Origin: Bacteroidales bacterium
GTDB taxonomy: Bacteria > Bacteroidota > Bacteroidia > Bacteroidales > VadinHA17
DNA length: 64,000 nt
Direction: 5' to 3'
Assembly: GCA_036743455.1 (NCBI GenBank)
Contig: DAINPM010000002.1
Location: 7,349-71,348, forward strand
The translations under genes were made by a program, and so were the position numbers. Below the pieces are notes generated by a model. It was not told where the DNA came from and ran no database searches. It saw nothing but the letters and a program-made list of their open reading frames with translations. The stretch's first letter is position 1, and each line of letters begins with the position of its first letter. Shown here in pieces: positions 38,352 through 48,000 of this stretch.

Positions 38352-39782
38352 TCAGGGTGTTACTATAATGTTTTTGCAGACACAAGTCTCCCTGACAACA
38401 CCACTCTTATCCGGGGCAGAAGTGACTATCAGTTGAATATTATAAGTACCGGGGTTCGCAAACACTTTATCAACTTCCCTGCCAATTGCTATTGTTTCAT
38501 CACCAAAATTCCAGTAATACCTTGCGATATTCCACCCGGGCAGATTTGTTTTACTGGCATCAAACTTTATGTTACTTCCGGCAACACATTCTTCCGGGCC
38601 TGTAATATACGGCTGCTCCGCATCAGAGATTTCAAGGTTATACGTCTTCTGGTTGAACATTGTTTCTCCTGTAATAAGATTTACGACATCCAGTTGTACC
38701 AGATATACTCCCGGTCCCGGATAACAATGTTCCACTATTGAACCAACCGCTGTATCACCATCTCCCAATCTCCATTCATAACGGAAAGGTATGGTATCGT
38801 ATTTAACAGCGTTTTCCTCAATGAGTTGAAAACAATAATTATTTTCGATGAGTGTATCACAATCAGCTTTTCTGATGATGGTAGATACAAAATGATATAT
38901 GTCGTCACTTCTTCCGCGGTTGGATGAAAAATAACCCGATTGGAATGTTTGGTCAGCCACAAATGCAAAATCGTCAGATTCCGAATTAATAGGTTCCGTC
39001 ATTATAACCGGTTCTTCCCATTCACCAAAAGACAGAAAGGTATAGTAAACATCGAGATCGCCATAACCTCCCGGACGGTCAGATGAAAAATAGAGTCGTC
39101 CCGACGGGTGCATAAAAGGATAACTCTCATTTGAAGATGAATTAACAATTGGTCCCAGATTACGGGGGGTACTCCATTCCCCATTGACCATCTCACATAA
39201 ATAAATATCAGCTCCTCCCTGTCCTCCCGGCATATCAGAGGAGAAAAACAGATATCTTCCATCTCTGCTGACAGCCGGCTGCGCAATATTATAATTGCTG
39301 CTGTTAAAAGCAAAAGGACGTAAAGAAACAAGCTCACTTCCTTCCAACTCTGCAACAAAAATACCGCTTGAGTTTTTATAATTTCTTCTTCTTGTGATCT
39401 TACCTGTTTCTGTTTCACTGGTAAAATACACTGTTTTTCCATCCGGATCAATACACAAAGGTCCGTTATTAAAAAGAAAACTCCTCTCACTAATCACCTC
39501 CCTCGGTTTCAGCCATTCAGTAGAATCTTTTTTCTCCGCAAAATAGATATTGAAGAGCCGTCTTCCTTCAAAAGTAGTACGGTCAACAATACTACTGAAT
39601 CTCCTGTCAGAACAAAACAACACTCCATCCTGCACTATCACAGGAGATATATCATTAAAGATACCCGTGCTGAACGGCATCCTTGTCACTTTATACAATT
39701 CCGGATCCTCCTGTGCTGTCGCCCATGAGGGCAACAGTACTGCGATCAAAAAAAAGATATTATAGAGAAGCCTTTTATACAT
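38352..39782 (-). CDS. Secreted protein with TolB-like PD40 beta-propeller repeats and two C-terminal PKD-like domains.
   Basis: The ATG at 39780-39782 is used; the ORF-track start is a TTG one codon upstream. Repeated blocks include P.vS.DG..l.FsSdR.GG.G..DiY. The PKD-type blocks are WRLGDGD...PGVYLVQL and WNFGDET...PGTYNIQL. Confidence 0.7.
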   Translation of the reverse strand: MYKRLLYNIFFLIAVLLPSWATAQEDPELYKVTRMPFSTGIFNDISPVIVQDGVLFCSDRRFSSIVDRTTFEGRRLFNIYFAEKKDSTEWLKPREVISERSFLFNNGPLCIDPDGKTVYFTSETETGKITRRRNYKNSSGIFVAELEGSELVSLRPFAFNSSNYNIAQPAVSRDGRYLFFSSDMPGGQGGADIYLCEMVNGEWSTPRNLGPIVNSSSNESYPFMHPSGRLYFSSDRPGGYGDLDVYYTFLSFGEWEEPVIMTEPINSESDDFAFVADQTFQSGYFSSNRGRSDDIYHFVSTIIRKADCDTLIENNYCFQLIEENAVKYDTIPFRYEWRLGDGDTAVGSIVEHCYPGPGVYLVQLDVVNLITGETMFNQKTYNLEISDAEQPYITGPEECVAGSNIKFDASKTNLPGWNIARYYWNFGDETIAIGREVDKVFANPGTYNIQLIVTSAPDKSGVVRETCVCKNIIVTP

Positions 39783-39785
39783 CAA

Positions 39786-40748
39786 TTAAAAATATCTTGG
39801 ATTAGCAGCACTCACTTTTGATCCGAACTCATATCTCAGTATAAACTCTGTGGACCCTTTCGAATAAGAATTCATCCTTCCTGCAGGATAATCATACGAA
39901 AAGCCAGCCATCATTTGCGGAGTAATCTGAAACTGCAAAAGCCCTACAAACACCTGTTCTGTAATACGGTAAGAACATCCTGCCCACACGATATCGGCAA
40001 TTATTATGTTACCGTTTATATCAAACTGATTGAGTTTCTTCGTTTCCTGCAAAGAATAATTTATCAGCACTGATGGCTTAAACCTGAACAGAGGTGATAT
40101 ATTTATTAGTCCGCCTGCATTGAAAATAAATTCGTATTCCATGAAATCGTGATAGGCCTGTACATTCCCGTTACCTGAATTTCTGTAGGATAAAAAAGAA
40201 GGAATTGATATTCCTGCAAATAATCTGTCATTAAAATAGTAAAGTCCAAATCCTGTATTGGGCAATATATATTTTTTTCCATCTTCAGGAAAGACAGGAT
40301 CAGGCCTGGAAATTCCAAGTAATCCTGAATAATCAGTATTTGAAATATCTGCTCCGGCTTTTAGTCCAAAAGACAGTTTCCCTCCTGCCATTCTTATATG
40401 GTAGGCATAAACTCCAAAAATACTTGCCGACCTTGTAACTCCATATTGCATAAAACGGGCTTTCATACCAAGAGCCACCCTGTCATTCTTCATGGGTGTA
40501 TGAAGTGATAATGTCTGTAAGACGGGAGCTCCTTTGGTTCCCATCCACTGTACCCGGTATGACAATGCTGTGCTTAAAGCACTTCTGGATCCCGCATAAG
40601 CCGGATTTATCATCAGTCCGTTATGAAGATACTGACTATAGACCGGATATCCTAAGGTGATTCGTGATGAATCATTAAAACCCTGGCCCGACAATACCAA
40701 TGGAAAAAATAACAAAAAAAATGTCAATATCTTAATGCCTCTGTACAT
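39786..40748 (-). CDS. PorP/SprF-family type IX secretion system membrane protein.
   Basis: It has a signal peptide, the family signature YSQYLHNGLMINPAYAGS, a beta-barrel-like alternating pattern and a length of 320 aa. It lies directly downstream of a type-B-CTD cargo gene. Confidence 0.85.
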   Translation of the reverse strand: MYRGIKILTFFLLFFPLVLSGQGFNDSSRITLGYPVYSQYLHNGLMINPAYAGSRSALSTALSYRVQWMGTKGAPVLQTLSLHTPMKNDRVALGMKARFMQYGVTRSASIFGVYAYHIRMAGGKLSFGLKAGADISNTDYSGLLGISRPDPVFPEDGKKYILPNTGFGLYYFNDRLFAGISIPSFLSYRNSGNGNVQAYHDFMEYEFIFNAGGLINISPLFRFKPSVLINYSLQETKKLNQFDINGNIIIADIVWAGCSYRITEQVFVGLLQFQITPQMMAGFSYDYPAGRMNSYSKGSTEFILRYEFGSKVSAANPRYF

Positions 40749-40791
40749 TTATTTGCTGTAATTCATAACAGTATTCAAATCATTCTTTGTT

Positions 40792-43700
40792 TTATCTTCT
40801 TTTCAAGATAATAAATCCGCTATTCGGAATTACCGATCCGGTTTTTTCTGAAATTATCTTAAGTAAATAGTAATAAGTACCTTCAGGCAATTCTATCCCC
40901 TGTGAACTTCTGCCATTCCAGTTTTCCCAAACATTGTTGTTTTGATTTGATGTTGAGAACACTATAGTACCGGCTCCATTAACTATTGTCAGTTCTGCTT
41001 TCTGATTAACAGGGTCGAATCCGGTAATAATAAGTTCATCATTGATATTATCCCCGTTAGGTGAAATAGCTTCCGGAATAACTGCCGAAGTAACTTCCAT
41101 ATTGACCACATCCTTTAGCTGACATGGCCCATTTGTCACTGTCCATTCATAAGTATTCAGTCCGGCAGATATGTTCCGGACATCAGTATCATTCTTCGTG
41201 TCATCATCAAAATCACCTGTTCCGTTAACAACACTCCATTTCCCTGATTCAAAAGACTGGAGCGGATAAGCATTCAGTTTTACCAGATAATCAAAAGACA
41301 TGAATGCTGAATCGGCTCCTGCACTTATTGTATCTATAGGGTTAAAGAAGGTTATAGTAACTGAATCTCTGCTGACACATTGCCAGTTTATTTCCTCCCA
41401 GTAAAATTTATATGATACACTTGCCGTGTTGAATGATGAATCAATCCATACTGTTGCTGTGGGGTCACCGGCAACAGATGATACCACCTGGGGAGGGAAA
41501 GACCACAAACCTGTACCTACACTTGGAACTGCAGCCAACTGATATTCAAAACCACACACCTGGTTATCAGGTCCGGCGTCAGCAACAGGTACATTATATA
41601 CATTAGCCTTTCTGCTTCCACTGAGTGATGTTGCAGCACAGCCATTATTATCAGTCAGTGAAACCAGGGAGTAATTAAATACCGACATGCTTCCAGTGGG
41701 CACAGGGGTCATTGACAGTACTGTATCTGAAGCTGTTATGCCACTGATAACTTTTGCTGTGGAATTTTCATTATATGTCAGAGTCCATTCCGGGGATCCT
41801 GTGAGCCGGACTCTTAACTTAACCTGTCCTCCGTTACAAATACTGGTATCAGAAACTGAAGTAATAATGCCGGTGGGCAGAGGATCAATATCAATTTCAA
41901 ATTCATTTGATATGCTGTAACAACAATTCTCAGGACCAGAAAAGATTATTCTTCTGTACCATCTCTTTGTAGTCAGAGGCGGCGGAGAATAATTCTGTTG
42001 ATCATTGGTACCGGCGGCAGGTGTCCAGTCAATACCGTCTGTACTTTCTTCCCATACCCATTCCGGAGTGTCGTTGGCACCTCCTGTCAGCGCCGTTCCT
42101 GTAAGCGGAGCAGGTATCTGATTATAACATACCGATGTCTTAGCAGAAGTGATAACATTATTTGTAATTGGTGGCAACACGGTTATTTTTATACTGTTAC
42201 TTTCAGATGAACAGGTTCCTGAAATGACTCTTCTCCTGAACCATGTTGTGACAGTTAGTTCACCGGGCTGATAATCCCTGAGGGTTCCTGATTCGGTTAT
42301 ATCAGTGAATTCATTATTATCTGTTGAATAAGACCACTGATATGCATAATCGCCTTCAATATCTGTTCCGCCTGAGGGTATACTTCCCCTGATCATATTG
42401 GGAACTGATCCGCTGCAAATGGTTGTGTCGGTAGCTGCTCCTGACAAAAGAGCTGCAATATTATTTAATATCGGTTTATGAACATTAACCACAACAATAT
42501 TACTTATGTCCATACACTTTGATGAGCTGACGACTCTTCTGTACCATGTTGAATCAGTAAGTTCAGGAGGCGAATAATCTTTAAGGCTGTTAGAACCTGA
42601 AGCTTCTGATTCCCATGCCAATCCATCATCACTCTGCTCCCATGAATATGAGTATGTCCCGTCACCTCCTGTTGGAACAGTACCTTCAAGAGGAAGAGGT
42701 ACTGAACCTGAACAGATAGTTGTATCAGAGGCAATTTCATTATTTTGTATGCTGAAATATCTTATCAGTTCTATCGGCAGGCTGGAACTCTTACACACAT
42801 TGTCAGGGCCGGAATATACTATTCTCCTGTAATATCTGTTCTGTGATGATGTAAACTGAGATGTGTCGACGTTGTATGTGGGGTTTGTATTAACACCCGG
42901 AGCTGCCTGCCATGATCCGGCAGCTGTACTGTCCTGCCATTCATAGATATAGCTTCCTGACCCTTCTTCTGGATCTGAAGCACTCAGTACAGGGAAAAGA
43001 GAACCCTGGCATATCACCGAATCCGGACGTGCGGTAACATTCCCTGTAATTAACGGGAGCACAGTAACAGTAACTGTAGGGCTGTAACTGACACAGCGGC
43101 CTGATGTAACATATCTTTTATACCAGGTGGTAGTTGTGAGGGCTGCCGGGTCATAATCTTCAGAAGCAGACGATCCTGGAGCATTAACAGTCCAGGTAGT
43201 GTTATCGGTGTTGGCAAGCCATTGATACTGATAATAGCCGTTTCCATTGGAAGGGCCGGAGTTAAGCGGGATAAGGCTCAAAGGATCCTGTCCGTAACAG
43301 ATTGTTGTATCACTGCCTACCAGATTGCCTGTAATAGCCTGATGAACTATAACCTTAACAGCTTTACTGATATCAGTAACAGGAGTGGAACCCGCATCTG
43401 TGACGACTCTTCTGAACCATGTATCCTGTGTAAGCAGGAAACTTTCCGGAGGGGTATAATTGATCTGGTTGTTTACACCCGGCACTGGAGAAAAACCATC
43501 ATTTTCAGATGTTGTACTGTATTCCCACAAATATGAATAAGGTGTTGTTCCTCCTATAGGTATTGTGCCGGTAAATCCTGGGAATGGTGTATCAGAACAT
43601 ATTGAATCAACCTGTGTCCCGGTTATCAGTGATCTGACCGAGTTAAAGAGGAAACCGTTAAGGACAGGGGTAAAATCAGAGATAGTATCTCCTGCCTGTC

Positions 43701-45033
43701 CGGGTTGACCTGTTATACCCGGGGCCCGTGTTCCTCCCATTCCTCCTTCTACAGTGAATGATCCGTTTGCCGGAAGAGGAGTATTATTGGTTGTAATAAG
43801 GCCACCGCCACCACCTCCTCCTTCGCCAAAAGAAGAAATGGTATTTCCTCCTTTACCTCCTTTGGAGGATAAAATAATACCTGAAGTAAGAGGATCAACA
43901 GAATAACTCTGCAGATACAGACCTATTGTTCCTCCTCCACCACCGCCGCCGGCTCCGGCATCTCCTGAAGCCTCCAAAGAAGGAGAAGCCCCTTCGGCAA
44001 GTATGCTGTATCCGTTACCTTTCAGGGTATCGCATACAAGAATGACTATTCCTCCTCCGTTACCTCCATCAGTTGCCGTATTCACAGTAAGGTATGTTGA
44101 AGATCCTCCTCCTCCTCCCAGTAACATACTTTTGAGAGTGGTACCCAGATAAGTACTTTTCACCTGCAGACCTCCAAGACCTCCGGTAAAATTAAAACCA
44201 CATTCCTGTTCTTCTTTCCCTCCCAGGCCTCCGGCTCCGTAATTACCACCACCGCCACCGCCGGAGAATCGTCCGTCACCACCACCTCCACCTGTCAGAC
44301 TGGGTCCTTTCCCTTTGGCAAAAAAAGGATATAAGGGGTATATCGAATCTGCAGTTATCCAACCTTGTGAAACAGGACCTTCTCCCTTAAAACCGGCACT
44401 ATCAGATAAACCTGAATATGCATACTCATACATACGGTCAGTCTCTGCACAGATCCCAAGTCCCTGAGAAGCTTTACCTCCTGCAAAACCTTTACCAGTT
44501 ACGTCAATATCAGCCTTAAGGGAGAGAGTATTTCCGACAATAGCAGCCAGGACACCGCCGGTCTTTGATATACTGTCCCATGGCTGACAGCTGAGAGTCG
44601 CATCAACCTCGGCATAATTATACGAAGGAACCTTTACTATCTGAATATCACCCTGAACACTGAAATCTGAATCGACAATATTGTTTTTAAAAGTAATGGT
44701 ATTAGTAGCATCATTGACTGATTCAACTATCAGAAACTCATGTTGGCCCGGTAAACCATAATTATATTCAATAAACCCGTAAGACCCCTCCTCTCTGACC
44801 AGGATCCTTACCCCTTTCATCTGGATCAACAGCACTGTATCGCCTTCTGAAAACTGTCCAAACTGTGCCTCATCATCAACCTGTACCAGATCAGCACCCA
44901 TGGAGTTCACTCTGGCATATTTATTTACGATACCACTAATTTTCTTCTGTGAAAATACAGTAACACTATATCCTGTAAGTAAAATAAGACACAGAATAAA
45001 AAATCTCACGTGGTCTGATAGTTTTCCGGTCAT
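40792..45033 (-). CDS. Large T9SS type-B-CTD cell-surface cargo protein with a glycine-rich domain, six Cys-anchored repeats and a C-terminal sorting domain.
   Basis: The ATG is at 45031-45033; the ORF-track start at 45039 is a TTG. The signal peptide is FFILCLILLTGYSVTVFSQ. The C-terminus AISPNGDNINDELIITG...GTYYYLLKI...GFIILKRR matches the gliding-motility C-terminal (type B) domain. Confidence 0.85.
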   Translation of the reverse strand: MTGKLSDHVRFFILCLILLTGYSVTVFSQKKISGIVNKYARVNSMGADLVQVDDEAQFGQFSEGDTVLLIQMKGVRILVREEGSYGFIEYNYGLPGQHEFLIVESVNDATNTITFKNNIVDSDFSVQGDIQIVKVPSYNYAEVDATLSCQPWDSISKTGGVLAAIVGNTLSLKADIDVTGKGFAGGKASQGLGICAETDRMYEYAYSGLSDSAGFKGEGPVSQGWITADSIYPLYPFFAKGKGPSLTGGGGGDGRFSGGGGGGNYGAGGLGGKEEQECGFNFTGGLGGLQVKSTYLGTTLKSMLLGGGGGSSTYLTVNTATDGGNGGGIVILVCDTLKGNGYSILAEGASPSLEASGDAGAGGGGGGGTIGLYLQSYSVDPLTSGIILSSKGGKGGNTISSFGEGGGGGGGLITTNNTPLPANGSFTVEGGMGGTRAPGITGQPGQAGDTISDFTPVLNGFLFNSVRSLITGTQVDSICSDTPFPGFTGTIPIGGTTPYSYLWEYSTTSENDGFSPVPGVNNQINYTPPESFLLTQDTWFRRVVTDAGSTPVTDISKAVKVIVHQAITGNLVGSDTTICYGQDPLSLIPLNSGPSNGNGYYQYQWLANTDNTTWTVNAPGSSASEDYDPAALTTTTWYKRYVTSGRCVSYSPTVTVTVLPLITGNVTARPDSVICQGSLFPVLSASDPEEGSGSYIYEWQDSTAAGSWQAAPGVNTNPTYNVDTSQFTSSQNRYYRRIVYSGPDNVCKSSSLPIELIRYFSIQNNEIASDTTICSGSVPLPLEGTVPTGGDGTYSYSWEQSDDGLAWESEASGSNSLKDYSPPELTDSTWYRRVVSSSKCMDISNIVVVNVHKPILNNIAALLSGAATDTTICSGSVPNMIRGSIPSGGTDIEGDYAYQWSYSTDNNEFTDITESGTLRDYQPGELTVTTWFRRRVISGTCSSESNSIKITVLPPITNNVITSAKTSVCYNQIPAPLTGTALTGGANDTPEWVWEESTDGIDWTPAAGTNDQQNYSPPPLTTKRWYRRIIFSGPENCCYSISNEFEIDIDPLPTGIITSVSDTSICNGGQVKLRVRLTGSPEWTLTYNENSTAKVISGITASDTVLSMTPVPTGSMSVFNYSLVSLTDNNGCAATSLSGSRKANVYNVPVADAGPDNQVCGFEYQLAAVPSVGTGLWSFPPQVVSSVAGDPTATVWIDSSFNTASVSYKFYWEEINWQCVSRDSVTITFFNPIDTISAGADSAFMSFDYLVKLNAYPLQSFESGKWSVVNGTGDFDDDTKNDTDVRNISAGLNTYEWTVTNGPCQLKDVVNMEVTSAVIPEAISPNGDNINDELIITGFDPVNQKAELTIVNGAGTIVFSTSNQNNNVWENWNGRSSQGIELPEGTYYYLLKIISEKTGSVIPNSGFIILKRR
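40795..41082 (-). other. T9SS type-B C-terminal sorting domain.
   Basis: The last 95 aa or so carry PNGDNIND, W.NWNGR and EGTYYY, ending in a basic residue. Confidence 0.8.
41875..43644 (-). repeat. Six tandem repeats of about 96-100 aa each, anchored on conserved Cys residues.
   Basis: The anchor Cys residues are at 481, 581, 677, 776, 875 and 971, with a degenerate seventh at 1068. The consensus is D(T/S)xIC.G..P..L.G..P.GG.G.Y.Y.W..S.D...W....G......Y.P..LT..TW(Y/F)RR.V.SG.C. Confidence 0.85.
43705..44487 (-). other. Glycine-rich domain with multiple G5-G7 runs inside the cargo protein.
   Basis: Residues 185 to 445 (approximate) contain TGGGGGDGRFSGGGGGGNYGAGGLGG, LLGGGGGSS, GGNGGG, GAGGGGGGGTIGLY, GGKGGN, GEGGGGGGGLI and GGMGG, separated by short beta-like segments. 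Confidence 0.8.
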
Positions 45034-45087
45034 CAACAACCTGTAATGAAATGCTAATATACTAATAATTGTTAAAACAAAACTGAA

Positions 45088-48000
45088 TCAGTCTGCCATG
45101 TCTTTTCCTGCTTCCCCGACAACAGACTTCAACGGAAATTCCACGAAAAAAGTTGTCCCTTCATCAGTCTTTGATTCAAACCATATCTTTCCATTTGCAG
45201 CTTCAACATATTTTTTAACAATTGATAAGCCCAGACCTGTTCCCGAAGATTTTGTGGTAAAATTGGGGGTAAACATTCTTCCTCGAAGATTTTCCGGTAT
45301 TCCAGACCCGTTATCTGCAACCGACACCTTAACTCTGGCACCTTTAATTTCAGCAGATACACTTACACACCCTTTCCTTCCCTGTGGTATTGCCTGTATG
45401 CTGTTTTTTATCAGGTTAGAGAAAATGCCGTTAACCTGTTCTTTGTCGGCACATATAAGCACATCATTTTCCGAAGGCCAGTTTAATATAAATGTTATAT
45501 TTTCTGTATTACGGAAAAGTTCAAGAGTGGTGTTAATCTGTTCTTTCAAACTCATTACTACGGGATTTGAGCCGGGCATCTTGGCAAAAGAAGAAAAAGC
45601 TGAAGCAATAAGTGATAGATTATCAATATATTCAATCTGATTTCTGACAAAAATCTGTAGCTTCTCCCCAAAACCGGAAGGATTATCCCTCCACGATTTA
45701 AGTAGTTGCTGAACATTCAGCTTCATTGGAGTAAGAGGGTTTTTTATCTCATGAGCTACCTGCTTGGCCATTTCTCTCCAGGCATATTCACGTTCTGTGG
45801 AGGCAAGCTTATGAGTGCTCTCTTCAAGTTCATCAACCATTCTGTTATATTGTCTGACCATATCTCCTATTTCATCCTTCCCACTGTAATACAGGTGTTC
45901 ACTTTTTTCTCCAAGCCTCACAGAAGCGAGTCCTTTGCTTAACATTGTAAGCGGTGAAGTGAGAGTTCCACTTATAATAACGGCAAGTCCCATAGTGATT
46001 AAAATAAGAAGCAAAGTGAAATTTATTATGGCAACAATCAAATTTGATATCTCTGTAGCCAACGCACTCTGCATCCTGAAATAAGGCAGGTTAAGAAATG
46101 CCTGTATTTTGTAATCAGCACTGTATAAAGGCATATAAACCGATATATATTTCATGTTTCCCATCTGTTCTGTCTGGAAAAACTCTGTTCTGGTAAAATC
46201 GGAAACATTTTTGAAAGCCATCATATCCATCCTGCGGCTGGTAAGATTACGATAGTATATTTCCGGACGGGATGTGGCTGTAAGAAAACCGTTAAGATTA
46301 TATATATTAATGTCGGTGTTGAAAATATTTGAAAGATCGACGAGAAGTTCATTTAGTTGCTGACTGGTACCTGAACCGTTATTGGGAGTAAGCAACATTT
46401 CTTCCGATAGTTTGTTTTCCAGTTCAATATTTATCGAATTAAGTTTTTCTTTAATATTTTCATAGTGTTTCGATTTGTATTCATTAACAGTAAAAAGAGC
46501 GACCATTACTCCTATAAGAATGAATGAGAATAACAGGATTCCGATATAAGACAACTGAAGTTTTTGACGGAAATTAAGGCTCAGACTTCTTTTTATTGAG
46601 GGTCTGTTTACAAGAAGGACAAAAATATTACCAAGAAGCAAAAGGAAAGTGAAAAGATAGGCAAATGATATTAAGAGATTACCTGTATTAAGTGCTTGTC
46701 TGCTTATTACAACTGTAGTATTGCCGTTTTTGTATGCAACATGTTTATATTTTTCCGATTCAAATATCCTGTAATCAGTATTCTCTTCAACATATTCATC
46801 ATCTGTCTTATTGTAAGCAAAATCTCCTGAATTCAATACTACAAGGCCATTTATATATTTGGCAAATGAGTAATCTTTCAGACCTGAAAAGTCATCGAAT
46901 TTTTTATCTATAAGAAGCTCTGAATATCCGGGCTGAAAGACATTAATGTCGCTGTATAATTCTATAAATAAACCATGTATTGTGTCCAGGTCTTTACTGA
47001 AATTCAAAACACCTATATAGTATGATCTCCCACCCAGATTATCAATAAAGTAAAAGTTTGTACCAGTCAGCCTGTGCCCGTATTTAGTTGTCCGTCCGTT
47101 GAAAAAATCGAAACAATTATCCCAATCAGCTTCTCCGGAACCAATCCTCAATAACTGATTTTCGCGGCAGAGAACAAAATTGATATTATAATTAGCCCAG
47201 TACCCTGAAAAATACTTTGAAGTAAGGTAGTCGGTTATCTTATTGACGTCATCCTGGCTCCGGTTGAAATCTTCAGCAACCATCATGTTATACAGTACTG
47301 TATCACTTGTCATTAAAGGCCACATATCCAGCAACAGATGCTCAGCTGAAGGATCATTTTCAGTCGACAGCGAAAGAGCCTGCACTTTTATGTTTTCATT
47401 TGTCTTTTTTTCAGAGTTTATTGCTATTACATACAGTGAATACAATCCAAAGAGAAATGAAAATAATACTGTAGAATTAAAAATATTTATCTTCCTCTTT
47501 CCCATAAACCACCTTAATGAAATAAGGCCTGAAAACAAAAGGGCTACTATCAGAAATGAAGCTATGCTATTACCGCAAAAGAGGATAATAATCAGAAAAG
47601 AAGGAATAACAGATATTACTGTTGTTTTCAGTTTTACATCACCGGTATTCCTGAATATTTTAAGAATTATAAACAAAGGGACTAATAACAATAGAAAAAC
47701 AGATACATATCCGACAATACTCAATGCACTTATTTCCAATATTTTATAGGTCTCGAAATTAATATTTGAATCAAGGACCAACTGAGTAAAGATACGATGC
47801 ATCACACTCATGAAGAGGGCACCCATAATGAATAATACTACCCTCTGGGTGAATATTTTTGCCTGACTGTCAGTCTGTTTTACTGGTAGTGGAAAGCAAA
47901 CATAAAAAATATAGGAAAGAACTGAGCAAAAAATGCTAAACAGCAACAGATGTCCCAGTGACGGGATGAAATTGTTAAGTGAAAAAACATATGGTGAAAA

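Noticed and set aside
38250-39490. ORFs at 38250-38741 (+) and 39002-39490 (-) that overlap the PD40/PKD gene.
   Set aside because: They are alternative-frame or antisense ORFs inside a gene with clear PD40 and PKD repeats. Their translations are low-information.
45098-47749. Plus-strand ORFs of 180 aa (45098-45640) and 168 aa (47243-47749).
   Set aside because: Both are antisense to the histidine-kinase gene, whose H-, N- and G-boxes validate the minus-strand frame. Neither ORF has motifs.
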